A stretch of 59,167 bases of DNA, filler included. It is 6 parts of 6 records of this genome, joined end to end, with 100 filler letters (N's around TTAATTAATTAA, not from the genome) between each part and the next. Parts side by side here need not be neighbours in the genome. Positions count along the whole stretch, not along the records: positions 1 to 12,856 come from DRR723986_14370; 5 more parts are not named here. One strand, 5' to 3'. The notes under the pieces are model-generated. The model was not told the DNA's origin. It did not search any database and was given only the letters and a program-made list of their open reading frames with translations. Made by a program: the position numbers and the translations under genes. Below, piece after piece: positions 1-8,843 of the stretch (positions are counted from its first letter, which is position 1; every line of letters starts with the position of its first letter).

Positions 1-72
1 AGCCCTTAGGGCTCGACCCGGGTGTCTTTTAGACCCAAACCCCAAGAATCCCAGATAACAAACCAACATCCC

Positions 73-119
73 CAAAAAAAAACGAGGCCGCCCGCCTATG
101 CTTTCTGGGCAGCCTCGTT
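73..119 (-). terminator. Rho-independent terminator downstream of the 180..2945 gene
   Basis: Minus strand reads AACGAGGCTGCCC-loop-GGGCGGCCTCGTT followed by a T run (A-run on + strand from 73). Confidence 0.75.
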
Positions 120-179
120 GCCTTATAGCCGTGAGGTGAAGAGTGGTAACGTATTATCCAAATCGGAGCGTTGTAAACT

Positions 180-2945
180 CTACTGCTTTAACACAAAACG
201 CGTCGCACGTGAAGCGCCATGGCCATGAATTCGTAGGTAATACGTGCCGGAGACCAAAGTGCCGGCCGAATGTTCCCAAAGTAGTTCGCCGCCCTCATGT
301 AATATCTCTGTTGTTAACACAGGCCTGCCGGCAGCATCTACGATTTCAAGTGTGTACTTGCCGGGAGTGTTTAATAAGCCGCGCAGGCTGATTAACTCAT
401 TCGCCGGGTTCGGGCTGATTGCCAGCTTGCCATCAGCGACTTTGCTTGTGGACTCGTTAACCGCAACCGTGGCGGCACTTAACAGGCTTGTTTTCCAGAT
501 GCCGCGGCCAAAGGTGCCCGCGTACAATATGCCGGACGCGCTGTTAATCTCAAGGTCGTTAACCGGAATCTGCGGCAGCCCCTGTCCCAGCGGCTGCCAG
601 GCCAACATGTCATTCTTACGATAGAACACGCCAAAGTCGCTGCCAACATACGTGATGCCGCCATTGGGGCCGCTATGATGCTCAATCGCATTCATCGGAA
701 CATTCGGCAGGTCGTAAGAAATGTTTTCCCAGGTGGCGCCGCCGTCCTGACTTGTGTAGACTTTTTTGCCATCCGAAAGATGTGAACAAACCAGCCAAAT
801 GCGGTCTGCGTCATTGGCGTCAATTGCCATGTCGTTGTAAAAAACAAATGGCGGCAGATTGTCACTGTTAAGCTCTGTCCAGTTAACACCGCCATCCTGA
901 CTGCGATAAACCTGCGCGCTAATATTGAGTTCGGCAATTGGCCGCTTGCTCAAATACATCACGTCCGGATTGGAAGGCGCAATTACCATCGAGCGGATCG
1001 CCGGGGAAGGCACGTTGCTGCGTGCCGGCGGAAACGACGAGAGTTTAGTCCAGGTGTCACCAGTATTGTCACTGCGGTACAGATCGGAGAGAGGCGCAAA
1101 AACGACGTCGGCATCACCAGGATGTTCGTAGAGGTTCGTGAGAAAGGGTTTTTCCTGCAGCGGATCCTGCGCCCAGGCCTGGTTAACATTGCGATAGTTG
1201 CGCCCGGCGTCGCTTGTCTTTAAAACGCCGCCATACTGCAGCGTCACCAAAAAAGTGCTTGGCTTTTCGCGATGAATATAGCCGTCACCACCATCGCCTG
1301 GATAAACCAACTGCCAGCCTTCCATAGAATGCATGTATGAGCCGTTATCCTGCGCGCCACCAAGCACAATCTCGTCCTGGCCGGGGATTAACATAATGCG
1401 GTAGAATTCGGAAATTGCCAGGCCGCTGTTGAGATTTGTCCATTTGGTAGGCAATGTGTAACACTCTGAATTGGGCGAAAACAGCCCCGGCAGAGTACTT
1501 CCTTTAAAACACTTGGTCAACTCACTGGTGCTGCCAATTTCGAGTTCTTCGGTGACGTCCACGCCGCCGTCGTGCAAAACATAAACTTTGCCGTCGAGTG
1601 GATTGTGCGTGATTTCATGATGGTCATTGTTAACACTCTGCCCAAATGCGTCCTGCCAGAAGCTGCACATATTAAAGGTTTCGCCGCCGTCATCCGAGCC
1701 CCAGATATTGATTGCGCCAACAAAAACGCGTTCAGCATCCGCAGGGTCAACAAACAAGGCCAGATTGTAAAATGCCTGTCCGCTGGCCATATCGCTAAAC
1801 AGTGGGGAGCCATTGAAATAACCAAAGATGTTCACATTGTCGGCAATTGAGCTTTGCAGTACCCAGGAGAGCCCGCCATCGTCACTGCGTAGCAAAGAGT
1901 GGAATGCCGTGTTTTGTTGCGCACGCACCGCGTAAATAATATCTGGATTGGAGGGCGCCAGAGCCAACTCAATGCGCAGAACGCTGTTGTCCTGCAAGTT
2001 GCCAAGGTTGCGAAACTGCCACGTGCGGCCCGCATCAGTCGAATACATGATACGCCGAATACCAAAAGCTGTGGCGGCATGTAAAACGTTGCCATTGCGC
2101 GGATCGCGTTCCAGGTCAAAAACGGCCTGGTCGGAACTGCGCGTCCAGGTCTGGCCCGCATCTTCGCTGATGAAAACTCCGTTGCTGCCGGCTGCGGTCA
2201 GCAGGGCACTGTTGTCCGGATGGATCAGAATGCGTGACATCGTTCCAACCTCGGCTCCGCCCAGACTGGTACGTTCCCAGGTAATTCCCGCGTCCAGGCT
2301 ACGCCACAGGCCACTCGCAAAATTTGCATTGCCACCGTTGGCGGAGTGATTCAGGAGCATCAGATCCTTGTCCCCCGTGGCGGCATAGATGAGATTGGGG
2401 GTGCGTGGGTCTATCGCCAGGTCTCCCAGCCGCAGAGACGCTAGATCATCACCGCGCGGTGTCCAGCTCGCCCCGCCGGTGCGCGTCTCCCAGATACCGC
2501 CGCTGGAGGCACCAACCAGGAAGACGTCGGGATCCGTCGGGTGGAAAACAATGCAGTTCGTGCGTCCCATGCCCGAAACGGGCGCGTCGAGCAGCGAAGG
2601 CGGTTGATTCAGCGGCCCCACAGGCGTCCAGACGTCCTCAGCCAAAATACCATCCGGCCGCGCCTTGGCGCGTTTACTGTTAACATGCCGCTGCGCGGCG
2701 TCCAAATACTCAGCGCTGTAAATATTTCCATCTGCATCCATGCGCTGCTCGCCAAACCAAACGAGGCGCTTGTAGGGATTGGAGCGCTCCAGACCTGCGC
2801 GATATTCTGCGGACACAGCCGCATCAATGTGTGGCGCCGGCATTGGACTGCCGTCATTGCCGGCCTGCAGGCCCATATTTCCAAGTACACAGCATACAAA
2901 CAGACCTAAACACAGCCGACCTGTGTTCGTAAAAAATGCGTTCAT
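180..2945 (-). CDS. T9SS-secreted BNR/Asp-box (VPS10-like) beta-propeller protein
   Basis: Signal peptide, many SxDxGxTW Asp-box repeats (RSLDAGITW, SEDAGQTW, SDDGGLSW, SQDGGATW), and a C-terminal T9SS type A sorting domain (ISPNPANE...LVSGTYYLRI). Confidence 0.85.
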   Translation of the reverse strand: MNAFFTNTGRLCLGLFVCCVLGNMGLQAGNDGSPMPAPHIDAAVSAEYRAGLERSNPYKRLVWFGEQRMDADGNIYSAEYLDAAQRHVNSKRAKARPDGILAEDVWTPVGPLNQPPSLLDAPVSGMGRTNCIVFHPTDPDVFLVGASSGGIWETRTGGASWTPRGDDLASLRLGDLAIDPRTPNLIYAATGDKDLMLLNHSANGGNANFASGLWRSLDAGITWERTSLGGAEVGTMSRILIHPDNSALLTAAGSNGVFISEDAGQTWTRSSDQAVFDLERDPRNGNVLHAATAFGIRRIMYSTDAGRTWQFRNLGNLQDNSVLRIELALAPSNPDIIYAVRAQQNTAFHSLLRSDDGGLSWVLQSSIADNVNIFGYFNGSPLFSDMASGQAFYNLALFVDPADAERVFVGAINIWGSDDGGETFNMCSFWQDAFGQSVNNDHHEITHNPLDGKVYVLHDGGVDVTEELEIGSTSELTKCFKGSTLPGLFSPNSECYTLPTKWTNLNSGLAISEFYRIMLIPGQDEIVLGGAQDNGSYMHSMEGWQLVYPGDGGDGYIHREKPSTFLVTLQYGGVLKTSDAGRNYRNVNQAWAQDPLQEKPFLTNLYEHPGDADVVFAPLSDLYRSDNTGDTWTKLSSFPPARSNVPSPAIRSMVIAPSNPDVMYLSKRPIAELNISAQVYRSQDGGVNWTELNSDNLPPFVFYNDMAIDANDADRIWLVCSHLSDGKKVYTSQDGGATWENISYDLPNVPMNAIEHHSGPNGGITYVGSDFGVFYRKNDMLAWQPLGQGLPQIPVNDLEINSASGILYAGTFGRGIWKTSLLSAATVAVNESTSKVADGKLAISPNPANELISLRGLLNTPGKYTLEIVDAAGRPVLTTEILHEGGELLWEHSAGTLVSGTYYLRIHGHGASRATRFVLKQ

Positions 2946-3091
2946 GATATCTGACCTTTCTAATGAGTCAATTGACGGGATTCGAACCGGCGCTTGGTCG
3001 GCGAGCGGTTGCGCCCGGCGTTTGTGTGTGGAGCGTTACCGACTATACGTGCCAGGTGTGTGCAGTGAATTTACGTCCTGTGCCGTGCAGA

Positions 3092-4075
3092 TTAGTGGCA
3101 ATTCTTGCGAAATTGCAGCGGGCTCGTCCGATAAACGCGGCGGAAGGAGCGGCAGAAAGCCTGCAGGTCAGCAAAACCACTGTCGTGGGCTATGTCTGAG
3201 ATCGATTGTGTGCTGTGACGCAGGCGTAGCTCGGCCGCGGCCAGTCGGCGATGAATCAAGTACTGGTGCGGCGTCATGCCAAATGCATCTTTGAAAGTAC
3301 GCAGGAAGTGAAATTCAGATAACAGCGCTGTTGCGGCCAGAGTTTTTAAGTCGTGATCGGCAGTTGTATCATCGTCAATAAGCTCGCGTGCGCGGCGCAC
3401 GCGGCGGAACAACTCTTCCCGTGTGCCGCTGCGGCTTGCACTGATCGATTCCATGCTGGAGCGAATGTTAAGTTGTGTGCTGATTAACACGGACGCGGTT
3501 TCAACAAAAAATTCGGGCGGCAGGAAACAGCGCAAAGCGCCCTGGCGCTGAATTGCGAGTCCCAGGCCCTCCAGTATCTGACCGAGCTGATCATAACGCG
3601 TGCTGTAAATGTCTTCGTGCAAGCCGGGCAACTCGCTACTGCGGGCAGCATCTGGTCCACTATCCAGCAGGCTTTCGTGCGTGGCACGCAGGCCGTGATA
3701 AATACTGCGGGTCAATTCATTAGAGAAATATATACAGGCGCCGCGTGCCGTTTTTGTGTTGTGGAAATCAATGTCCAGCGCGCGGCCGGCATTCAGCAGG
3801 AGGTATCTGTTCTGCTTGACCTGCATGAGCTGATTGTTAACAATGTATTGTTCGCAGCCGTCCATCACCCATTTTAGTGAGAGACCGGCGTATTCTTCGC
3901 CGGCAGTTATCTGGTTAAACTCGGAGTAAATAACCGCATTGGTAGTCGCGGCCCAATTGCCGTTAAATGGGGTCGGATCCAGTGTCTGCAGCCTTGTGAC
4001 GGTCTGCGCCTGGAAGCGTCCACGGTCGAAATAGGTGCCGTAGTCATATCTGGGGTTGTCGGGTTTGGTCTGCAT
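3092..4075 (-). CDS. AraC family transcriptional regulator
   Basis: C-terminal double HTH (LSEFHFLRTFKDAFGMTPHQY...ISDIAHDSGFADLQAFCRSFRRVYRTSPLQFRK). Confidence 0.9.
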   Translation of the reverse strand: MQTKPDNPRYDYGTYFDRGRFQAQTVTRLQTLDPTPFNGNWAATTNAVIYSEFNQITAGEEYAGLSLKWVMDGCEQYIVNNQLMQVKQNRYLLLNAGRALDIDFHNTKTARGACIYFSNELTRSIYHGLRATHESLLDSGPDAARSSELPGLHEDIYSTRYDQLGQILEGLGLAIQRQGALRCFLPPEFFVETASVLISTQLNIRSSMESISASRSGTREELFRRVRRARELIDDDTTADHDLKTLAATALLSEFHFLRTFKDAFGMTPHQYLIHRRLAAAELRLRHSTQSISDIAHDSGFADLQAFCRSFRRVYRTSPLQFRKNCH

Positions 4076-4182
4076 AATGCATGCAGACAGAACCAGAGAC
4101 TGAAAAGTTACGGTCGTTTATGACGTGGCGAGCCGTGTCATGCATCGCAGCCGGATCTGTTGCGTCGGCAGCAAGGTCGTTT

Positions 4183-5649
4183 TCAGCGTTTTGCAGGTGC
4201 CACATATCTGGGGTTGGGCTGCTGCGGGATTTTAGCGCCGACTGATTTTAGCCAGGCGCGCAGTTTGTTGTTTAAGGAGTTTGCAGTGCTCCTTGACTGT
4301 TTGGCCAGGTCACGTGTTTCGGCAATGTCCTCGGCTAGATTGGCCAGGCGCAGCGAATTATCCTCAAAGTTTAGCGTTAACTTGTAGTCGCCGCGGCGGA
4401 TGACGGCTCCGGGCCTGCCGTTAAAGTTTCTGCCGGATTCCAGACTGCCTTCCACGTAAGCCGGAAAGAACCAATACAGTTCGCGTTCAGGTGAAGCTTC
4501 AGCACCAACCTCATTGAGTTTTAGGGCCTGTCCGTCGAGTTTTAATCTACCCGTCTTGAGATCTGCAATTGCGGCGACAGTTGGAAAAATGTCAATTCCA
4601 CTAATCGGCACGTCGCTTTTGCCGGGTGCAACAGTCCCCGGAAATGTTAAAACAAATGGCGTGCGCAGGCCACCTTCGTAGAGCGATCCTTTACCGCCGC
4701 GTAAAGGTCCAAGTGAGCTGTAGCGCGGATCACCACCGTTATCGGATGCCAGAATAATCAGCGTGTGTTCTGTTAAGTCAAGCCTGTCAAGTTCTGCGCG
4801 TATGCGCCCCACGCTTCTGTCTACGGCTTGCACCATAGCGGCATAAGCCAGTGTGAATTCATCTGCGTAAGGATAGCGTTTTTTGTACAAAGAATAAAGA
4901 TCATTGCGCGCAGCAAGTGGCGTACGCACGGCAAAATGTGAAAGATAGAGGAGAAATGGCGCCTTGCGGTTGGCGCGCATAAATAGCAGCGCCTCAGTTG
5001 TTAAACGGTCGGTTAAGTATTCGTCGGCCTGTCCGTCTTTGAGGTTCGGCAGTTTGTAAGGCGCAAAATAGGAAGTGACTTTTCCGCTGCTGTTGCCGCC
5101 AACGTTAAAGTTAAAACCCTGTGTTTTGGGGTCGTCGCCCAGGTGCCATTTGCCGATGCTGGCGCAGGTGTATCCGGCCTTTTGCAGGAACTCTGCGATT
5201 GTCACGGCTTCGGGAGCAAGTGTTCTGCGGCTCTGCGGCGTTAACAGTTTGCGCGCGTTATCTGGTCCGCGATCGGATTTGCCACTTGTTAATATTCCGT
5301 GGCGCGTCGTGTGCTGTCCCGTTAATAGAGAAGCGCGGCTGGGAGCGCCTACCGGAGCGTTTGCGTAGGCGTTTGTGAATATTCTGCCCGCAGCCGCCAG
5401 CTTGTCGATATGCGGCGTGCGTGTAAATTTATTGCCCATAAAACCCAGGTCCTGCCAGCCCAAATCGTCAACATAGATTATGATGACGTTCGGTTTGGGT
5501 TTGTTTTGGGCCTGTGTGCTGAGCGGCACAATGCCGAGGCCGAGGATTAACAGGAGGCAAAAATTGAGCCGGGCTCGCAGCTTGTGGATTGTGTCTAAAC
5601 AACTAACAAGATGGTTTTTGCAGGGAAGGGAGCATGTATGCGACCTCAT
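4183..5649 (-). CDS. Sulfatase-family protein with a non-canonical active site (true start may be slightly downstream)
   Basis: KPNVIIIYVDDLGW, GKWHLG, SDNGG and GKGSLYEGGLRTP motifs; the signature reads GAPSRASLLTG instead of C/S-x-P-x-R. Confidence 0.85.
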   Translation of the reverse strand: MRSHTCSLPCKNHLVSCLDTIHKLRARLNFCLLLILGLGIVPLSTQAQNKPKPNVIIIYVDDLGWQDLGFMGNKFTRTPHIDKLAAAGRIFTNAYANAPVGAPSRASLLTGQHTTRHGILTSGKSDRGPDNARKLLTPQSRRTLAPEAVTIAEFLQKAGYTCASIGKWHLGDDPKTQGFNFNVGGNSSGKVTSYFAPYKLPNLKDGQADEYLTDRLTTEALLFMRANRKAPFLLYLSHFAVRTPLAARNDLYSLYKKRYPYADEFTLAYAAMVQAVDRSVGRIRAELDRLDLTEHTLIILASDNGGDPRYSSLGPLRGGKGSLYEGGLRTPFVLTFPGTVAPGKSDVPISGIDIFPTVAAIADLKTGRLKLDGQALKLNEVGAEASPERELYWFFPAYVEGSLESGRNFNGRPGAVIRRGDYKLTLNFEDNSLRLANLAEDIAETRDLAKQSRSTANSLNNKLRAWLKSVGAKIPQQPNPRYVAPAKR

Positions 5650-5657
5650 GATCAGCT

Positions 5658-6590
5658 TCAGTCCTCCCTTGTCGGCCTGGCTTTTTCAGGCAGGTTTTTG
5701 TTAGTATCGCTGTTAACTTCCAAGGGCAGGGGCAATGGGCCACGAATGTTTAAGTCGCGCTGTGGGAATGGAATCTCAATGCTGTGTTTGCGGAATGAAC
5801 GAACAATTGCAATGTTGAGATCGGACTTCACAAACGGGTGACGCGTCGGGTCGTCAATCCAGCAGAGTAAACGCATGTCCCAGGACGAATCGCCAAAGCT
5901 TCTGAGTAAAACATCCGGTGCTGGTGCTTTTAACACTTCCGGGTGCTCCTCTGCTACCTCGCGCATTACACGTATCACCAGGTCTATGTCCGAGCTGTAA
6001 GACACTCCGACGTCCACGTTAAGGCGGATACGCGATTCATTGTACGACCAGTTAATAACGTGTTTTTGTACAAAATCCAGATTCGGCACGATGATCGAAA
6101 TATTGTCCAGCGACCGGATCGTGGTGGCACGCATCTTAATTTCCGTAACGTCACCTTCCAGATCGTTAACAGTTACGCGGTCGCCCACCTGCACCGGTCG
6201 TTCGAAAAGAATGATGAGGCCGGAGATAAAATTGGACGTAATATTCTGTAAACCAAAACCGATACCAACTGAGAGAGCACCGAATACGACTATTAAGCCA
6301 CTCAGGTCTATACCCACAAACTGGAAGGCGACGACCGCCCCAATTGTTAGGAAAAAATATGTGAACAGTCGCAGGTAGGTGTACTGGCGTCCTTCCTCAA
6401 TCCCGAGTCGCTGTAAAACACGCCGTAAAACGAGGCGTTTAATCAGGCGGTTTAACAGGAGGAAACCCGCAAAAACGCAGATATAAATCAGAACCGTCAG
6501 GAAGTTGATTGAAGTTTCGCCCAGCACAAAAAGCTCATCGGTCAAAAACTGAGAGCTCTCACTCAGTAGATCGGGAATATCGAGGTCCAT
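5658..6590 (-). CDS. Small-conductance mechanosensitive channel (MscS family)
   Basis: GALSVGIGFGLQNITSNFISGLIILFERPVQVGD and IEIPFPQRD motifs. Confidence 0.93.
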   Translation of the reverse strand: MDLDIPDLLSESSQFLTDELFVLGETSINFLTVLIYICVFAGFLLLNRLIKRLVLRRVLQRLGIEEGRQYTYLRLFTYFFLTIGAVVAFQFVGIDLSGLIVVFGALSVGIGFGLQNITSNFISGLIILFERPVQVGDRVTVNDLEGDVTEIKMRATTIRSLDNISIIVPNLDFVQKHVINWSYNESRIRLNVDVGVSYSSDIDLVIRVMREVAEEHPEVLKAPAPDVLLRSFGDSSWDMRLLCWIDDPTRHPFVKSDLNIAIVRSFRKHSIEIPFPQRDLNIRGPLPLPLEVNSDTNKNLPEKARPTRED

Positions 6591-6716
6591 GAATCTGTTG
6601 TATATCCTATATTTCTGATGCCGGTATGCTAGTGCTCAGGAGGCCAAAAACGACGCAGCCTGAAAAGCGCAAGAACGGTCAAGGTGACCGATAGGCAATT
6701 TAGCTAATTTGAGGGT

Positions 6717-7781
6717 ATGCGTAACAGTAGTCATTCAGTATATATGCAGCGTTTAGCGCAGGTGGAGCAGTTTATCGCTCAAAATCTGGATCGCGAATTC
6801 GATTTGGAGGAATTGGCGCGCCTGGCCTGCTTTTCGCCCTTTCATTTTCATCGGATTTTTGCAGCCGTCAAAGGCGTCAGCGTGGGCGACTACGTGCGCC
6901 GCCTGCGACTGGAGCGCGCTGCCCACATGTTGTTAACCAGTCGGCGTAGTGTGGCGGATATTGCGGAGGCGGCATGTTATGCCAACCACGAGTCGTTCAC
7001 ACGTGCCTTTGGGCGGCGTTATGGCATGTCGCCCGCTGCCTGGCGGCGCGCGGGAGTTGACAGCTCCGAACTCGAAGGCGGGCTGGGTGCTGCCTGGCTT
7101 GGCGCTGAGTCTGCCGGTGAAGAGGATTCCGCATCTCAGGTGATTCCCACGATTCCTGCACAGGCGGCGGGCCCGCCGCCACAGGAAAACGTGGAGTTCC
7201 CGAGTGCCATCATCCATCGTCCGGCCGCAACGATGTTTGCCATGCGGCACGTGGGGCCTTACTGGACGGTGGGGCAGACCTGGCAGGCTCTGTTTGCGCG
7301 TCTGCAGGAATGCAAAATTGATGTTGCCGCCTGCCGCTTATACGGCATGCCGCATGATGATCCGGCAGTAACCGAAGCGCAGGTTTGTCGCTACGACGCC
7401 TGTGTTGCACCCGGCGGAACTGACCGGCCTGCAGTTAGCGAAGCGCAGGCTGGTGGGGCAGAGGCAGCAAGCCGCCAGGTCGCCTGGCCCGAATGCGGCC
7501 TGGAGCGTATCGACATTCCTGCGGGTGAGTTTCTGGCGGTGGAGTTCCGCGGCCTGATCCAGCAAATCGCGCGCGCATATGTCTTCATGTTTGGCCAGTT
7601 GCTGCCCTCAATTGGCCGGGTTCCGGCTGACATTCCAGTGATCGAGGAATACCAGCAGGGAGCCGAAAATCCGCGTGGACCGATGACGGTGCAGATACTG
7701 TTGGCGCTGGAGCCGCTAAGCACAAAACGTGAATCAACAAGCAAAATAAAGGACCAATACGATGGAAACGACAATGCGTGA
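6717..7781 (+). CDS. AraC family regulator with C-terminal GyrI-like effector-binding domain
   Basis: N-terminal HTH (LARLACFSPFHFHRIF...FTRAFGRRYGMSP) and GyrI-like motifs (RHVGPY, HDDPAVT..CRYDACV). Confidence 0.9.
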   Translation: MRNSSHSVYMQRLAQVEQFIAQNLDREFDLEELARLACFSPFHFHRIFAAVKGVSVGDYVRRLRLERAAHMLLTSRRSVADIAEAACYANHESFTRAFGRRYGMSPAAWRRAGVDSSELEGGLGAAWLGAESAGEEDSASQVIPTIPAQAAGPPPQENVEFPSAIIHRPAATMFAMRHVGPYWTVGQTWQALFARLQECKIDVAACRLYGMPHDDPAVTEAQVCRYDACVAPGGTDRPAVSEAQAGGAEAASRQVAWPECGLERIDIPAGEFLAVEFRGLIQQIARAYVFMFGQLLPSIGRVPADIPVIEEYQQGAENPRGPMTVQILLALEPLSTKRESTSKIKDQYDGNDNA

Positions 7782-8400
7782 GAAAGTAGACTTTAAGAAG
7801 CGCGACAAACACCTGTACAAGGCAGTGGCCGATAAAATCACGGTGCTCGATGTACCCGAAATGTCCTTCCTGGCAGTCAACGGTTTTGGCGGTAACCCCG
7901 CTGAATCGGAAGTCTTTGCCGGAGCCATCGAGGCACTCTACGGCTATGCGTACACGCTCAAGTTCATGTTCAAAGAAATTGATGACCCGCACATCTACGA
8001 CTTTGTGGTGCCGCCGCTTGAATGCCTGTGGTGGAATACCGACGAAGAGCCCGACAACAACGATCCCTCCAAGATGTACTGGCAATTAATGGTGCGTCAG
8101 GCCGAGTTTGTCAACCAAGCCTTTGTAGATGAAGCTACCGAAAAATTGCGCGCCAAAGGTAAGCTGAACGAGAATATACAGGTGGCGTTGACGAGTTATG
8201 CCGATGGGAAGGCCGCACAGCTTCTGCATTTGGGCCCCTACAATAACGAGCTGGAAACGATCAAAAAACTCAGGGAACTCACCGCTGAGGCCGGCCTGGA
8301 GATGGGCTGTAAACACCATGAAATCTACCTTTCGGATCCGCGTCGCGTGGCACCCGAAAAACTCAAGACAATTATCAGATACCCGATAACTCCCGCCTGA
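7762..8400 (+). CDS. GyrI-like small-molecule-binding domain protein
   Basis: FVVPPLECLWW, LHLGPY and HHEIYLSDPRRVAPEKLKTIIRYP motifs; overlaps the end of the upstream gene. Confidence 0.88.
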   Translation: METTMREKVDFKKRDKHLYKAVADKITVLDVPEMSFLAVNGFGGNPAESEVFAGAIEALYGYAYTLKFMFKEIDDPHIYDFVVPPLECLWWNTDEEPDNNDPSKMYWQLMVRQAEFVNQAFVDEATEKLRAKGKLNENIQVALTSYADGKAAQLLHLGPYNNELETIKKLRELTAEAGLEMGCKHHEIYLSDPRRVAPEKLKTIIRYPITPA

Positions 8401-8843
8401 GCAGATTTGCAGATAGTTCGGCGGCAGCCAAACCCTTGAATCACATGATTTAAGGCTGCGGCCTGCCGCCTGCCTGTCTGAACAAACGCGCAAGCTCCCG
8501 GCAGCCGGCATTTAGTGGATTGGGGCACCGCTGACTTGACTGCCTAGAGTGGTTTACACACCTGTTAATGCCGAACTTTGCGCAGCCGTTCAGCTGCTGT
8601 TGAGGGCGCCGGTCCATAGAAGCAGCGATAACTACCACACTTTCTGGCCGCCTTCGCAAGACGGAATGTGGTTTTTAGGGTCTATACTTTCGTCCAGGTA
8701 AACCTTACCCTCGATTGCTTGCGGAAAACTCTGCTGCGGCGCCACGCCCTTGGATTGCCGTGATTGGAGTCTTCCGCGCCCCTTGCCACCCTATAGATGT
8801 CTTCTTGACGATGGGGTAGGCTGTCGGCACCCGTCTGCTTAGT

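Noticed and set aside
8401-8843. 440-nt intergenic region with imperfect palindrome CCTTGAATCACATGATTTAAGG
   Set aside because: No recognisable ncRNA or riboswitch and no second copy; insufficient support
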